Virus record (IMG/VR): IMGVR_UViG_3300050343_000159
Direction: 5' to 3' (one strand)
Length of the DNA: 64,000 bases
From: a virus
Taxonomy: Duplodnaviria > Caudoviricetes
Position 1 is the first letter of the stretch; each line of letters begins with the position of its first letter. Both the position numbers and the translations under genes were made by a program. The notes beneath the pieces are model-generated. The model made no database searches and was not told the origin of the DNA. It saw only the letters and a program-made list of their open reading frames with translations. Shown piece by piece: positions 46,726 to 58,800 of the stretch.

Positions 46726-48024
46726 TGTCAGAAAAAGATCTTATCACAACCAGGTAATATTGAACAATTTCAGATCAACTCCAATACTGGAGGTGGATCT
46801 GTAGATTTGTCTGCTGGTGTGGTAGATTATAATTATTATGAGAGTGTTCTTTCAAATACAATATCTGCCAGTGCAACTATTGTTGAAACAGGCAATGAAG
46901 CCGATGGTCCTGGTAGAGGATCTTTGGATGGTCTACCCATCAGAGGTGGTGAGAGAGCACAGATTAAGATAAGTGATAATCAGGGTGGAACACTAGAGGT
47001 TCCTTTGTATGTGAACAGAGCAAGAGATGCTATCCCTGGAACACAACAGGACTTGTATGTTCTTGACTTCGCCTCTCAAGAATACTTTGCTAATACACAG
47101 ACCAGAGTTACTAAAAGATATGAAGGTAAGATATCTGATCACATCAGTTCTATTCTAGGTGATGTTCTTCCTGTGTCTGGTGAGGTTGATGTAGATGAAA
47201 CATCACTGGAGTATAACTTTATTGGTAATGATAGAAAACCATTTTATGTTTGCACTTGGTTAGCATCAAAATCTGTTCCTGCACAGGGTGTAGGTGGTGC
47301 AGCTGGTTTCTTATTCTTTCAAACCAGAGATGGATTTCACTTTAAATCTATTGATAATTTCTTCAGTGGGATCATCAGTAAAGAAGTTTAATTTAACAAT
47401 AACACTGGTAATAAAGTTAAAGGTAATGATAACAACATTCTAAACTATACTATTGAAAGTGATACTGAGTTACATCAGAACCTAACACTGGGAACTTATA
47501 ATAACAAATCAATCTTCTTTGACTTCTTATAATATGAACTTACAGGAGAAGGTTTCATATAGTATTGAAGCAACAACGAGTGATGTTGAAGGTTGCTGGT
47601 CAGAAGGGTGACAAGCTTTAACTTTGTGGCAAAGGAATTCACAAGAACACCATCTAGATTTATGACTCACATTCTAGACATTGGTGTGGACCCAAAAGGA
47701 ACTGGTGATAAACAACTTGATAATCAGAAAGCCAATCCTGAAGAACCAAATTTCCAAGCTGAAGATACAATGGTTCAGAGTATCATGAGATACAATCACT
47801 TGTTCAGTGTAAAGGCACAGATAACTATCGCTGGTGACTTCAGTATCAAAGCAGGTGACCTAGTTGAATGTGAGTTTTCCTGAGTTGTCCGGTGCTCAAT
47901 TAACTAATACTAAATGATCAAAGTGGAGGCATATATATGGTAGCACATGTGTGTCATAGGAATTACACCTGAAAGTTGTTTTACTAGTCTTGGTTTGGTA
48001 AGAGATTCTTATGGTAAGAGGTAA
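46725..48024 (+). CDS. baseplate hub/tail protein (gp27-like position); many apparent indels
   Basis: YYESVLSNTI, GLPIRGGE, FIGNDRKPF, GFLFFQTRDGFHFKSID, G.Y.V..VCH..L.LVRDSYG. Confidence 0.6.
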
Positions 48025-48037
48025 GCATTTTTAATGA

Positions 48038-50809
48038 TTGATCGAAACTTTATTCAAAAAACATTTCGTAGGTAGAGATGGTTTCCAATGGTGGATAGGA
48101 CAGATCCCACCTGAGGAATCATGGCGAGAAAATATAACTGGAACAGAGACAAGTAATAACAATCGGGCAGCAAAAGGTTTTGGTGAGAGATACCGTGTTC
48201 GTATCATGGGGTATCACACTGCCAACGCAGATGATATTCCTGATGATGAACTGCCATGGGCATATGTGATGTATCCTGTCACTGCCGGTGGTGGTGGTAG
48301 AGGTTCATCTCAGAGTGCAAACCTAACACAAGGAACATTTGTGTTTGGTTGGTTCATGGATGGTGATGATGCACAACTTCCTATCATCATGGGTGTTCTA
48401 GGATACAATGATTATACTGCAGTGATGAAGAACATTACTCCAACTAGGTTTATTCCTTTTGATGGATATCCAGCACAAGATCCAGTGTTTGGTTCAGAAA
48501 GATCTACACTTCAAATAAGAAAAGAGTGGTGGTGACTAATGATCATTACTCACAGGATAATGCTACTGGAAGCTTTACCAATAATCAATAACATCTAGTG
48601 CTCAATGGCAATACATCTGTTACTAAGATGTAGCAGATGCAAAACCAGAACCAAAAGAACCACTTCCAGTAACATCTGAATGTGATAAGGCACCAACAAA
48701 TGCCATGATTTCAGTTGAAACTAAGAATGTGATGAAGGAGATTCAACGATCAATCAAATGATATATGATGCACAGAGCAGCAATTACAGCTGGTCTTGCA
48801 GATGCTCAGGCATATATTGAAAACTTAATTAAAAAGGCAACTAATGCAGTTAGTGGAGTGATGAAGTGGATCTTCACTGAGATACAGAAGTTTGTTCTAA
48901 TAAACTAAACTTTGTTATAAGAAATACATTCTCTATTATTCCTCCAGATCTAAAAGAGACTCTTAGATTGGCTGTTGAACCGTCAAATGACGTTATGGCT
49001 TGTCTTTTCAAAAGACTTATTAATGAACTACCTGGTATGATTGGTGGGTTCCTTGGTGATTTGTTTGGTTTACTCTCTAGTGGTGGTAGTATTGATATTG
49101 GTCTTGGTATTCCAACTAAGGCTGTAAATCTTCCTCAGTGTTTCTTAGAAAACTTTATTGGAACAACTATTGGTAATATGCGAGTGTCCTTACAAATGCT
49201 GGTCAATGTTGCATTTGATGCTGTTACTGGTATTGTTGGAGAAGTTGCTGGTATTCACTTGGTGATGTGTATCGGTTTCATAGACAGTATTATTGCATTC
49301 CTACAGTGTTTAAAAAACCCCAAATGTCCTACAGTTAAGGAGTGGAGTATACAAGTTCTGGTGCTAGATAATGGTGGTTCTTTTGATATTGATAGTATCA
49401 GCAGTAGGGCTGAGAGTGTAACTGGTTCAGTCACTCAACTAGGGAAGGTCACTTGATGATATTGATTTCTCTGGTGTATTTGATGAAGTTCAGCATGTGA
49501 TCTTGGACCAAGGTCTTGTGGTCCTCCAACAATTCAGGTTATATTGGTGACTGGAGAAGGTGCAAAATTAATCTAATCATATCTGGTGGTGGTGAGATTA
49601 TGGGCGCAGATATTATCAGTTCTGGTTTGGTTTCAGTGATAGGAAACTTCTTCTCTCAATGTATATGATGATTGTGGATATAGGACAAGGTGGTGTTATT
49701 GAACCTGTATTTGGTCCTGTTGATTTCAAACTACAACATTCTTGGTGGTGATCTTCCTGATGATATCATTGTGAGACCTGAATATGGTACTGTACCTGTT
49801 CCTGAAGGTTTTGATAGTTCATTCTCCGCTAACTTTATTGGTGATCTTGTTTCTGGTTCAAATGTAATTACAAATATACAACCTGGATCTGTTCTTGAAG
49901 GTTTAGTACCAGGACTTTCTATAAAATTGATTGGTAATGGAGGAAGTGTCACACTCTCTGGTACTGCTACAATTACTTCTATTGGATCTATTGTTTTGGA
50001 TAGACCATTTGAAGGAACTGGTGAAGCTCTTGGTGCTTCCCTTAATGCTAGTGGTACATCAGTACAAACTGGTATTATAGATGTAATTGTTGTCAATCCT
50101 GGTTATGGTTATCTACCATCACCTGATGGATCAAGTGGTGGAGATGGTAGTATATGGAAACCTGCAGATAATACTATTATAATTGGTGATGGTAGTTTTA
50201 ATCCTGGAAATGGTTCAAGTAGTGGAGATGATGATGGAAGATTTGGTACTGATTATTATCCACCAATTCCACCAGGAAATACTGTACCTATTCCACCAGG
50301 AGCAACAGTAACCACACCACCTAACTCAAATCTGACTGAGGGTTCTGATAATGAAGGAAACGGTGTTGAAATATTACCCGGTTCACCACTGTTCTTCCCT
50401 AATGGTGGTAGTATGACTTCACCAACAATTATGGAGGACATTGATAAACTTATTGTTCTTTATCCATCAACTTCTTCTTATCCAGTTATCATGTATCTGT
50501 GTGAGTTGATTGTTGATAAATCTGGTGTGGATTATCAACCAACTGATGAGGTTGTAATTGAACCTGATATGGGAGCAACAGCTACACCTAAGTTTGATAG
50601 AGTTTGGTAGATTACTTTCTATTAAAGTAACTGCTGGTGGTGAAGGTTTCAAACAAATCCCTGAGGTTTATATCAAAACTAAAACTGGATTTGGTTCTAA
50701 GATTACACCTAAGTTCTGTATAGATAGACTAGGAGAAAATGATCTTGAAAGGGAACCAGGTTTGCAGGACAAAGTTATATCTGTTGTTGATTGTGTAGGT
50801 GCTGTCTAA
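48038..50809 (+). CDS. gp5: baseplate hub / cell-puncturing protein (T4 gp5-like); many apparent indels
   Basis: OB-fold N-terminus FVGRDGFQWWIGQI, YRVRIMGYH, LPWAYVM.P, VFGWFMDG..AQLPIIMG. Confidence 0.8.
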
Positions 50810-51472
50810 TGTCAGAAACGGAAAAATTATCATACAATTAGATACGGAACCGCTGAGGGTGAGATCAAGTTTGGACATGTCCATACTGATAATGTAAGAC
50901 TCAGCAGTGATGTTGAGGAGTGGTCACACCTTACGAACATTACATGACCATGGATGGTCCTGGTGGAAAGAAGTTTAGAACACATAGCACAAATTTCAGA
51001 GGACCAGGATCTTTCCAAGTTAAACATGGTGAAGGTGTTCCTGATGAACAACCAGGAATCTACTTGGATGCAGAGAATGGTGATATTGTAATCAGAGCAG
51101 CCAATGGTCGTATCAGGATGGAAGCTCTTGATATTGACATTAGAGCCACTGGTGGTGATGATAGAGGAAACATTGTCCTTGATGCAAACGATAAAGGTTA
51201 TTACAATGCTCAAATATTCTTGAATGCAAAAGTGACCGCGGCTAGGTTTTTCTCTGACAAAACTGTTGAAGTTGTTGGAAATAATGTGTTAAATATGTAT
51301 GGTGGTTCACCGATGGGCTGATGGTTCTACTGCTGTTGTAAAGGTTCTAAGAATACAAGTCAAGTACCTGCTACAGGACTATTGCTTGGACTGTTTGGAA
51401 CAAGTTGGGAACAACAAATGAAACTAGGATGGAGCTCCAGGTGGTCTTAGTGAGTTATTTACTTTCTTATAA
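50809..51472 (+). CDS. putative virion structural protein (gp5 C-terminal-like beta repeats); apparent indels
   Basis: IRYGTAEGEIKFGH, DAENGDIVIRAANGRIRMEA.DI; follows gp5. Confidence 0.5.
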
Positions 51473-51477
51473 TTATC

Positions 51478-51813
51478 ATGAGAATTAATCATCCCGTAGA
51501 AGAAGGAAAGAGTTTAGTTTATGGTTCACTAGATGGACCTGAGAACTCTGTATATTGTAGAGGAAGACTGAAAGGTGGTAAGAAGGTTATCAATCTACCT
51601 ATTGAGTGGGTTGAACTTGTGAGACCTGGTTCAGTCACAGTTAGTATTACACCTGTTGGAGCCTTTCAGGATATAATTATCAAAGGTGTAAGTGACAATC
51701 AAGTGAAACTAGAGGCTAGACCTGGTGTTCCTATTGATTGTCATTACTTTATTATTGGCGAAAGACAAGATGTTCCTAGATTGGAGGTAATACAAGATGG
51801 CATCGTTACCTGA
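51478..51813 (+). CDS. putative tail-associated protein (LxGPE..Y.RG domain)
   Basis: SLDGPENSVYCRGRL..INLPIEW..LV..SVTVSITP..GER.D. Confidence 0.55.
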   Translation: MRINHPVEEGKSLVYGSLDGPENSVYCRGRLKGGKKVINLPIEWVELVRPGSVTVSITPVGAFQDIIIKGVSDNQVKLEARPGVPIDCHYFIIGERQDVPRLEVIQDGIVT

Positions 51814-52768
51814 CGTATAGGTGTTGGTAAAAGATTATTTGTTGGTATAGCAGTCCCCCCTGCTGCCAACTTAGGAATTGGACCTGCTGAGATTAGAGGT
51901 AGTGCCTTCATTGAAGGACCATTAGATGTTGGTAGTCCTATCTTTGCTCCTGGTGAAAGTAATGTGTGTATCAGTAGGTGTATCAATCCTGATGCCATTC
52001 CACTACCAATCTCATTGGTTAAGATAAGAAATACTCCACTAGTTCCAGCACTACCAACTGATGTGATCATTGGTGATCCTGCTGGTCCTGTTGGTGTGAC
52101 TGTATTCTGTGGTCCTTCATTCTTTACAGTTCAAGCAACAGCAATAACTTTGTTGGAGGCAGCATATACCAACACGAGTATTTAAAAGACGACATCGCAG
52201 CTCTCTATACAGATATTTCAAACAAAGTCTTCGCACTTTTTAAGTCTGAGATTGGTGTTAATAAAAACATTGCTCTTGACTTAAAGGACTCTCCAGTTAT
52301 AGGTGCAGCTCCTATGTATGCACCTGATTTTATAACAACAGGTGCTGCGTCCTTGAATGCACTTTTGCTATGGCCGTCGCGGCGTTAGCTAAGAAGGGAT
52401 TTGATATTCCACACCCAACCAAGGAAAATCATAGACTGAGACATATTTGTCTTGAAGGTCCAGACGCTGAGGTATTCTATCGTGGTAGAATGGAGAATAC
52501 TACAACCATCAACCTACCAGATTACTGGAGAGAGTTAGTTGATCCTGATAGTATTGGTGTTCATCTGACACCCATGGGTTCTTATCAAGAACTATATGTT
52601 GAGAAGATTGAATGGGGAACTAAAGTGACTGTGAAGAATGCATCAGGTGGTCCTATCAAGTGTAGTTATGTTGTATTTGGTGAGAGAACTGATGTTGAAA
52701 AAATATTCCTGAGTATGAGGCTTAGACAACTAATGACTATCCAGGTGATAATAGTGAGTATAGATTGA
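51797..52768 (+). CDS. putative structural protein with C-terminal LEGP..Y.RG domain; apparent indels
   Basis: FDIPHPTKENHRLRHICLEGPDAEVFYRGR..INLPDYW..LV..GER.D. Confidence 0.55.
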
Positions 52769-52778
52769 ATGATAATGG

Positions 52779-53451
52779 ATGAGTAAAGTTCATGAGATAT
52801 TTCCTCTGGTTGTTTATCAGGGGAATATTGATTGTCATAGCGAGTTCAAACAATATACTGATGAACTGAAACAATATTGGTTCAATGGTTATGAGAATGA
52901 AAGTCCTGAGTATTCAGGTCGTATCTTCTTACATACAGAAGAAAAGTATGAACCTTTCTTTGATGATCTAAAAAAGAATATTGATGACTATATGACTCAC
53001 TTGAATGTGGATCATGAGAAGTTGAGTTACTTTGTATCTAAATCATGGGTTGGATATCACAATAAAGAAGTGCCTGCACTGAATGTTCATAGTCACAATG
53101 AGGCAAATATAAGTTTTGTTTACTACCTCAAGTCAAGTGACAACTCAGATAAATTTCTGTGTGTCACAATCTAAAAATGTAAATGAGAATACTGGTGGAT
53201 TATTTGAGACTAGTAAGCAAAGAAATATAATCAAAGGATTTAACAAATACAACTGTAACAACTATACTATTACACCACATGAAGGTAGTGTTCTTATCTT
53301 TCCAAGTAATGTTCTTCATTCTACTCTGAAGGTGTCAGAACAAGAGAATGAAAGAATTGTAATTGCTGGTGATGTAAGAGTGACTTTGAAACCAGAGTAT
53401 CAAAATTATCATCAAGGGTGCACTCATCCCACAAAGTGGTTAGAACTGTAA
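52779..53451 (+). CDS. 2OG-Fe(II) oxygenase-like protein; apparent indel near 53160
   Basis: SWV, HSHNEANISFVYY (HxH), ITPHEGSVLIFPSNVLH, RIVIAG. Confidence 0.7.
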
Positions 53452-53472
53452 ATAAATAACTAAAAACTTATA

Positions 53473-55055
53473 ATGGATGAATTATATACAGATCAAATGT
53501 CCAGTGGTGTTTCTGGTATCAGTACAACTGCTAGAAATACTGTTGAGCAGGCAAAATTGAAGATTACTGTTAAGTGATAATGAAAAGATTCCATTTGATG
53601 AAGCTATCAAGAATGTAGATAGGAACCTGCAAAATATTATTGTTGAAACAAACAATACTCTTGAGAAAGTAAGAGATGAATATCAAAAGAGGATTGATGT
53701 TCAGAATTGTAGAAGTGATCTCTTCTGGAGAGTAACTGGTATTTCTAGTGAATGTTACTAGTGGTGAATTGTCTATCATCTGTGTATGTGTCAAACTATC
53801 TCCAACCTATCCTAAGTACTTGAGAATAGTGGCACTAATCCTCCTATGAGAGATACAGGTGAAGTTGATGATAGTGATGACCCCATACTAGAACCTGCCA
53901 TTGGATTTTCTACTTCAGCTTTGATGTGGTATACAGGACCAGTTTCAGTTGGAGGTGGAGTTACTGCAGGAATTACTTCAGTTGCTATGGGTGGTGATGA
54001 AACACTAGTCAGTGCTGGTTCTGCATTTGATACTTATCTAGAACCCGACAACCTCCATGGTCTTCTATTGTATAATGAGCCATATGCTAGAGATATCGGT
54101 GATTTATTCGTAGCTACTGGTATTGGAACTATTTCTGCAGGGTTTAATACACTCACATTATTAACACCTAATCTTAATCTTGGAATTAAACCTGGCATGG
54201 TTGTAACACCAAGTAGATTTGGTATTTTTGCAGAAGCTGGTAATGTTGTTGTTGGTGTAAGTTCTACCACCATGGATCTTAGACCTTATAGTGATGTTAT
54301 TAGTGTGGGAACTACATCAATATATACTGTTCCACTAATTACACTACAAGATCCGTCTGTTTCTGCTGTAACTGCACCAGGCAGTGATGGTAATTATACA
54401 TATTTTGATTTTAGTAAAGATCCAAACTTAATTAGTGATAACCTAGCGGTTGAAATAACTGATCAGGCTTATGTTCCTCAAGTGATCAGTTTAATGGTTT
54501 GGTAGTGGTCGTAATTTTGGTAAAGGTGTTAAGATTAAGTATATCAATAATGGTGCAAGTTCGGCTCTCAAGAGTGGAATAAGTTTATGGAGGGTGTACC
54601 AGATCCTGATCTGTTACCTGATGATATTGTAAATGTTGAGGAACCAAAGGTTGGTGCTGATAAGATCTATTATCCTGTTGGATTTGGACAGAAACCAATT
54701 CTAGCCTTGGTGGAGCTAATGCATCAGAAGGTGATGTCAGAACATTCCAAGGAACCGCAGGATTTGCTCAACAAGCATACGCATCTCTATCTGCTTGTAA
54801 TGATAGTGCATCTGAATGCCGCTATTAGTGCTAGAAATACTGCAGAAGCTGCATTATCAGGTAGTAACTCATTTCCTGAGAAAGTATCATTGGTTAATTC
54901 ATCAGGTCAAAGAGAAATGAATCTCAACATTACAATCTGGGCATATAGAACACATGATTGGTAACTCAGAAAATGAATTCACTGCAAACAATAGTTTTAT
55001 GAATGAAATTAATAGCTCCCCATATAAAAATCTGATGAACACAGGGACCGAATAG
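53473..55055 (+). CDS. putative virion structural protein; many apparent indels
   Basis: ATAAATA box at ~53454; fragments 53846-54505 and 54587-54964. Confidence 0.5.
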
Positions 55056-55059
55056 GAAA

Positions 55060-55102
55060 CTGTCACAAGACCCTCACCACAGGGGTCTGAGTGTGTTATA
55101 AT
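55060..55102 (+). promoter_or_regulatory. hairpin-associated promoter (CTGTCACA + inverted repeat + extended -10)
   Basis: CTGTCACA-AGACCCT-caccac-AGGGGTCT..TG.TATAAT 55097-102. Confidence 0.55.
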
Positions 55103-55124
55103 ACTAAGGTATCAAAAGAACTCT

Positions 55125-55376
55125 ATGACGGACTACAACCCAGAAGACTTTGAACTTGAAAACGAAGACGATGAGTATCTAACAGATGTCATGGTCAATG
55201 TTGGTGCAAGAACCTTTGTTATGTTCTCTAATGAAGGAACAGAACGTAAGGTAGAGTGTGATACGGTTGATGAGTTTATGGAAGTCCTGGAGATGGTCAG
55301 GGTTCTTGTTGATGATGAGATTGTTAGATACATATCACCAGTAGTATCAGAACCCACAGGGAAATTGGACTTTTAG
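55125..55376 (+). CDS. acidic hypothetical protein
   Basis: 83-aa ORF behind a promoter; RTFVMFSNEG..VEC. Confidence 0.6.
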   Translation: MTDYNPEDFELENEDDEYLTDVMVNVGARTFVMFSNEGTERKVECDTVDEFMEVLEMVRVLVDDEIVRYISPVVSEPTGKLDF

Positions 55377-55391
55377 TTTCAAAAAAGTCGA

Positions 55392-55430
55392 ATAAAAAAT
55401 CCCTGGTATTTTTTGACCCCTTTACTTTTT
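55392..55430. repeat. 39-bp dispersed intergenic element, copy 2
   Basis: ATAAAAAATCCCTGGTATTTTTTGACCCCTTTACTTTTT. Confidence 0.75.
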
Positions 55431-55434
55431 TTAA

Positions 55435-55614
55435 ATGAGAAAAGCAACTAGAGAAGCCATGGAAAACCTTTTCATCGCAAGATGGAATGTTCCTAAAGCT
55501 GCCAAACATTGTGGTTTGACAGTAAAAGAACTTAAGATCTGTTTCCACAACTACGTCGAAACTCATGATGTAACATACATAGAGGAAACTAACACCCAGT
55601 TACATCTTTTCTAA
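55435..55614 (+). CDS. small HTH-like protein (59 aa)
   Basis: LFIARWNVPKAAKHCGLTVKELKICF. Confidence 0.5.
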   Translation: MRKATREAMENLFIARWNVPKAAKHCGLTVKELKICFHNYVETHDVTYIEETNTQLHLF

Positions 55615-55773
55615 TGGTAGTAAACCTATGGTATTCGAAAGACTTAGAATTGTGGAGATGGACACTTACCTCGAATGAAGATAGTTATCTATGCAGGAGA
55701 GTGGTAGTCAGAGAGATTTGAGAGATGCTATGGACGATATTGCTAACACAATTGAATACCTTCTAAATATATG
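55614..55773 (+). CDS. hypothetical protein; apparent indel near 55688
   Basis: NLWYSKDLELWRWTL / RDAMDDIANTIEYL. Confidence 0.4.
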
Positions 55774-55874
55774 AAGTGTGAAGGAAGTGCCACTCTGTGG
55801 TAATCAAAACCACCTTATAGGTGGTTTCTTTATGCATACTAAATAAGGTTAATAGAAGTAATTGTGCGAGTAAG

Positions 55875-58800
55875 ATGCCACTCAGTCGCTTAGATAATTT
55901 CCTAAAGAACGTTCGTGGTAACATTCTTTATGTAAACCCAAATGACCTGGATGCCACTGATAGTATTGAGAATCAGGGCAACTCGATGGGTCGCCCGTTC
56001 CTTACAATTCAGAGAGCACTTGTAGAAGCAGCTAGATTCTCATATCAGGTTGGATTAGACAATGATCGTTTTGCAAAGACGACGATCATGTTGTATCCTG
56101 CAGAACATGTTATTGATAACAGACCAGGATGGATTCCTGATGGCACAAATAACTATCAGTTGAGGGATGGCACTACCTCTTCTGATTTTTCACCTTTTAA
56201 CTCCACATCAAACTTTGATCTTACTACCACTGATAATGCACTCTACAAACTGAACTCTATTCACGGTGGTGTCATTGTTCCCCGTGGTGTTTCGATTGTT
56301 GGACAAGATCTGAGAAAGACAAAGATTCGTCCTCTATATGTTCCCAACCCTGAGAACGATAGTATTGAAAGAACTTCTCTATTCAGACTGACAGGTGGTT
56401 GTTACCTGTGGCAGTTCTCGATGTTTGATGCTGATCCAAATGGATTAGCATATAAGGACTATACAACTGCTCAGTTTGTTCCTAACTTCTCACACCACAA
56501 ACTCACTTGTTTTGAGTATGCTGATGGTGCAAATGGTGTCAATATTGCTGATGACTTTGTAACCTACTCATCTGCCAGAACTGATCTGGATATGTATTAT
56601 GAGAAGGTTGGTTTGGCCTATGGTTCTGCATCTGGTAGAGCAATCGAACCTGATTATCCTTCAGGAACACTTGATATTCAAACCAAGGTTGATGAATTCC
56701 GTATTGTCGGACCAACTGGTGGTGAAGTTGGTATTACAAGTATCAAGGCTGGTGATGGTTCTACATCTACTGCTATTGTTACTGCAACAATGTCATCTGG
56801 TGTTGCTGGTTTGGATGTAGATACCACATTCATTGTAAATGGTGTTGCAGATAGTGATTATAATGGTAGTTATTCTGTTCAGGAAGTTCTGACTAGTAAT
56901 TCTGATGGTGAAACACTATCATTTACTTATCAAATTCCTGATATTCCTGTCGATGCACTTCCTGCTGTAACTGGTGCTACTGTTGCATTGGATACTGATA
57001 CAGTTACCTCTGCATCTCCATACATCTTTAATATCTCACTGAGATCAGTGTATGGTATGTGTGGTATGCACGCTGATGGATCAAAAGCCACTGGATTTAA
57101 ATCCATGGTTGTTGCTCAATTCACTGGTGTATCTCTCCAGAAGGATGACAATGCATTCCTGAAGTTCAACCAAAGCACAGGTGGATTTGATGATTCCACC
57201 ACTGTAGATAACCTCCATAGTGATCCTAACGCTATCTACAAGCCTTCATATTATAACTTCCATATGAAGACATCGAACAACTCTGTAACTCAGCAAGTTT
57301 CGATCTTCGCTATTGGTTTTGCACAACAGTTCATCAACGAATCTGGTGGTGATACCAGTATTACAAACTCCAACTCTAACTTTGGTCAGAACTCACTGAT
57401 TTCGAAAGGATTTAGAGAAGAAGCATTTACAAGAGACGATGTTGGTTATATTTCACACATTATTCCACCAAGGGAGAGTGTAACACAGAATGTCAATCTA
57501 GAATTTAATTCTATTGATGTAGCAAAGACTGTTGGTGTTGCATCCACTGGTCATCTTTATCTGTATCAGGAGACAAACGAGTCTTCTATTCCTGAAACTG
57601 TTATTCAGGGTTACAGAGTTGGTGCTAAAGTAGAATGATAAGTTGAATGTTATCATCTCACAAGGTGGAACTCCAACTAACTACTTTGCTCGTATCGTGA
57701 TGCCTGATACAGACAAGAGTTCTGTAAAGGCATACAATATTGGTAGAAATGTAGGAACAGGTAATAGTATTGCATCTTCTACTATCACCTTCACTGAGAA
57801 TCATGGATTTATTAATGGTGAAAGTGTTAGAATTCTGAGTGATAATGCTAGACTACCTGATGGTCTGGATAACAATAGACTATATTTCGCTATTACTGAT
57901 GGTGTTGCTGCTAACCAGATTCAACTGGCAACCACACTCAATGATTCTCTAGATGGTTCGGAAACCAGTTTCAACAACGCTGGTGGTAACCTGGTAATTG
58001 AATCTAGAGTATCTGATAAGATCGCTGGTGATATTGGACACCCTGTTCAGTATGACAATACTCAGAATCAGTGGTTTGTTAATGTATCTACTGCTACCAC
58101 AGAGAATACCATCTATGGAACAGTAGCTTCTCTTGGTGTGGCTGGTCTTGGAGATGCAACACCAAGAACATTCATCACTAGAAAACCTGATACCAGAAAG
58201 AATAACGAGAAGATTTATACATTCAGATATGTAGTTCCTGCTGGTAGTGGTATTACCTCTGCTCGTGCTCCTAGAGTCAATTATGTTCTTCAGGAATCAA
58301 ACAAAGTAACTGGTGACAGTAATGTTGAGGTTGCACTTCAGTATAACCCAAGTTTGGTCACCATGACCAACGAAACTGAGATGAGAAACTTCAGTTTCTT
58401 GAGAGAAGCTAATTGGGCTGGTGGTACTTCATATTTCACTTCTGAACAACCACATGGTTTGATTGAAGGAACACAAATTAGAATCAAGAATGTTCAGTCT
58501 AGCAATAATACAACTGGTGTTGCTAACTCAGCATTCAATAATAAATTCACAGTTTCTGGTATCTCAAGTGCTAACACCTTCTTTGTAAGTGGTCCTGTAG
58601 CTGATCCTGGTTCATTCCAGAACAACACATCACTGAGAACCACATCTCTACCTACATTCCAGAGAACACAATCTAAGGATACTTTCTTCATCTATGATGT
58701 TAATACTCTAAGAGAGTATGTGACTGGAGAACAAGATGGTATCTACTATCTGACTGTTATTGATTCTTCTAACACTCCTGTTGTATCACCATTCAATGAT

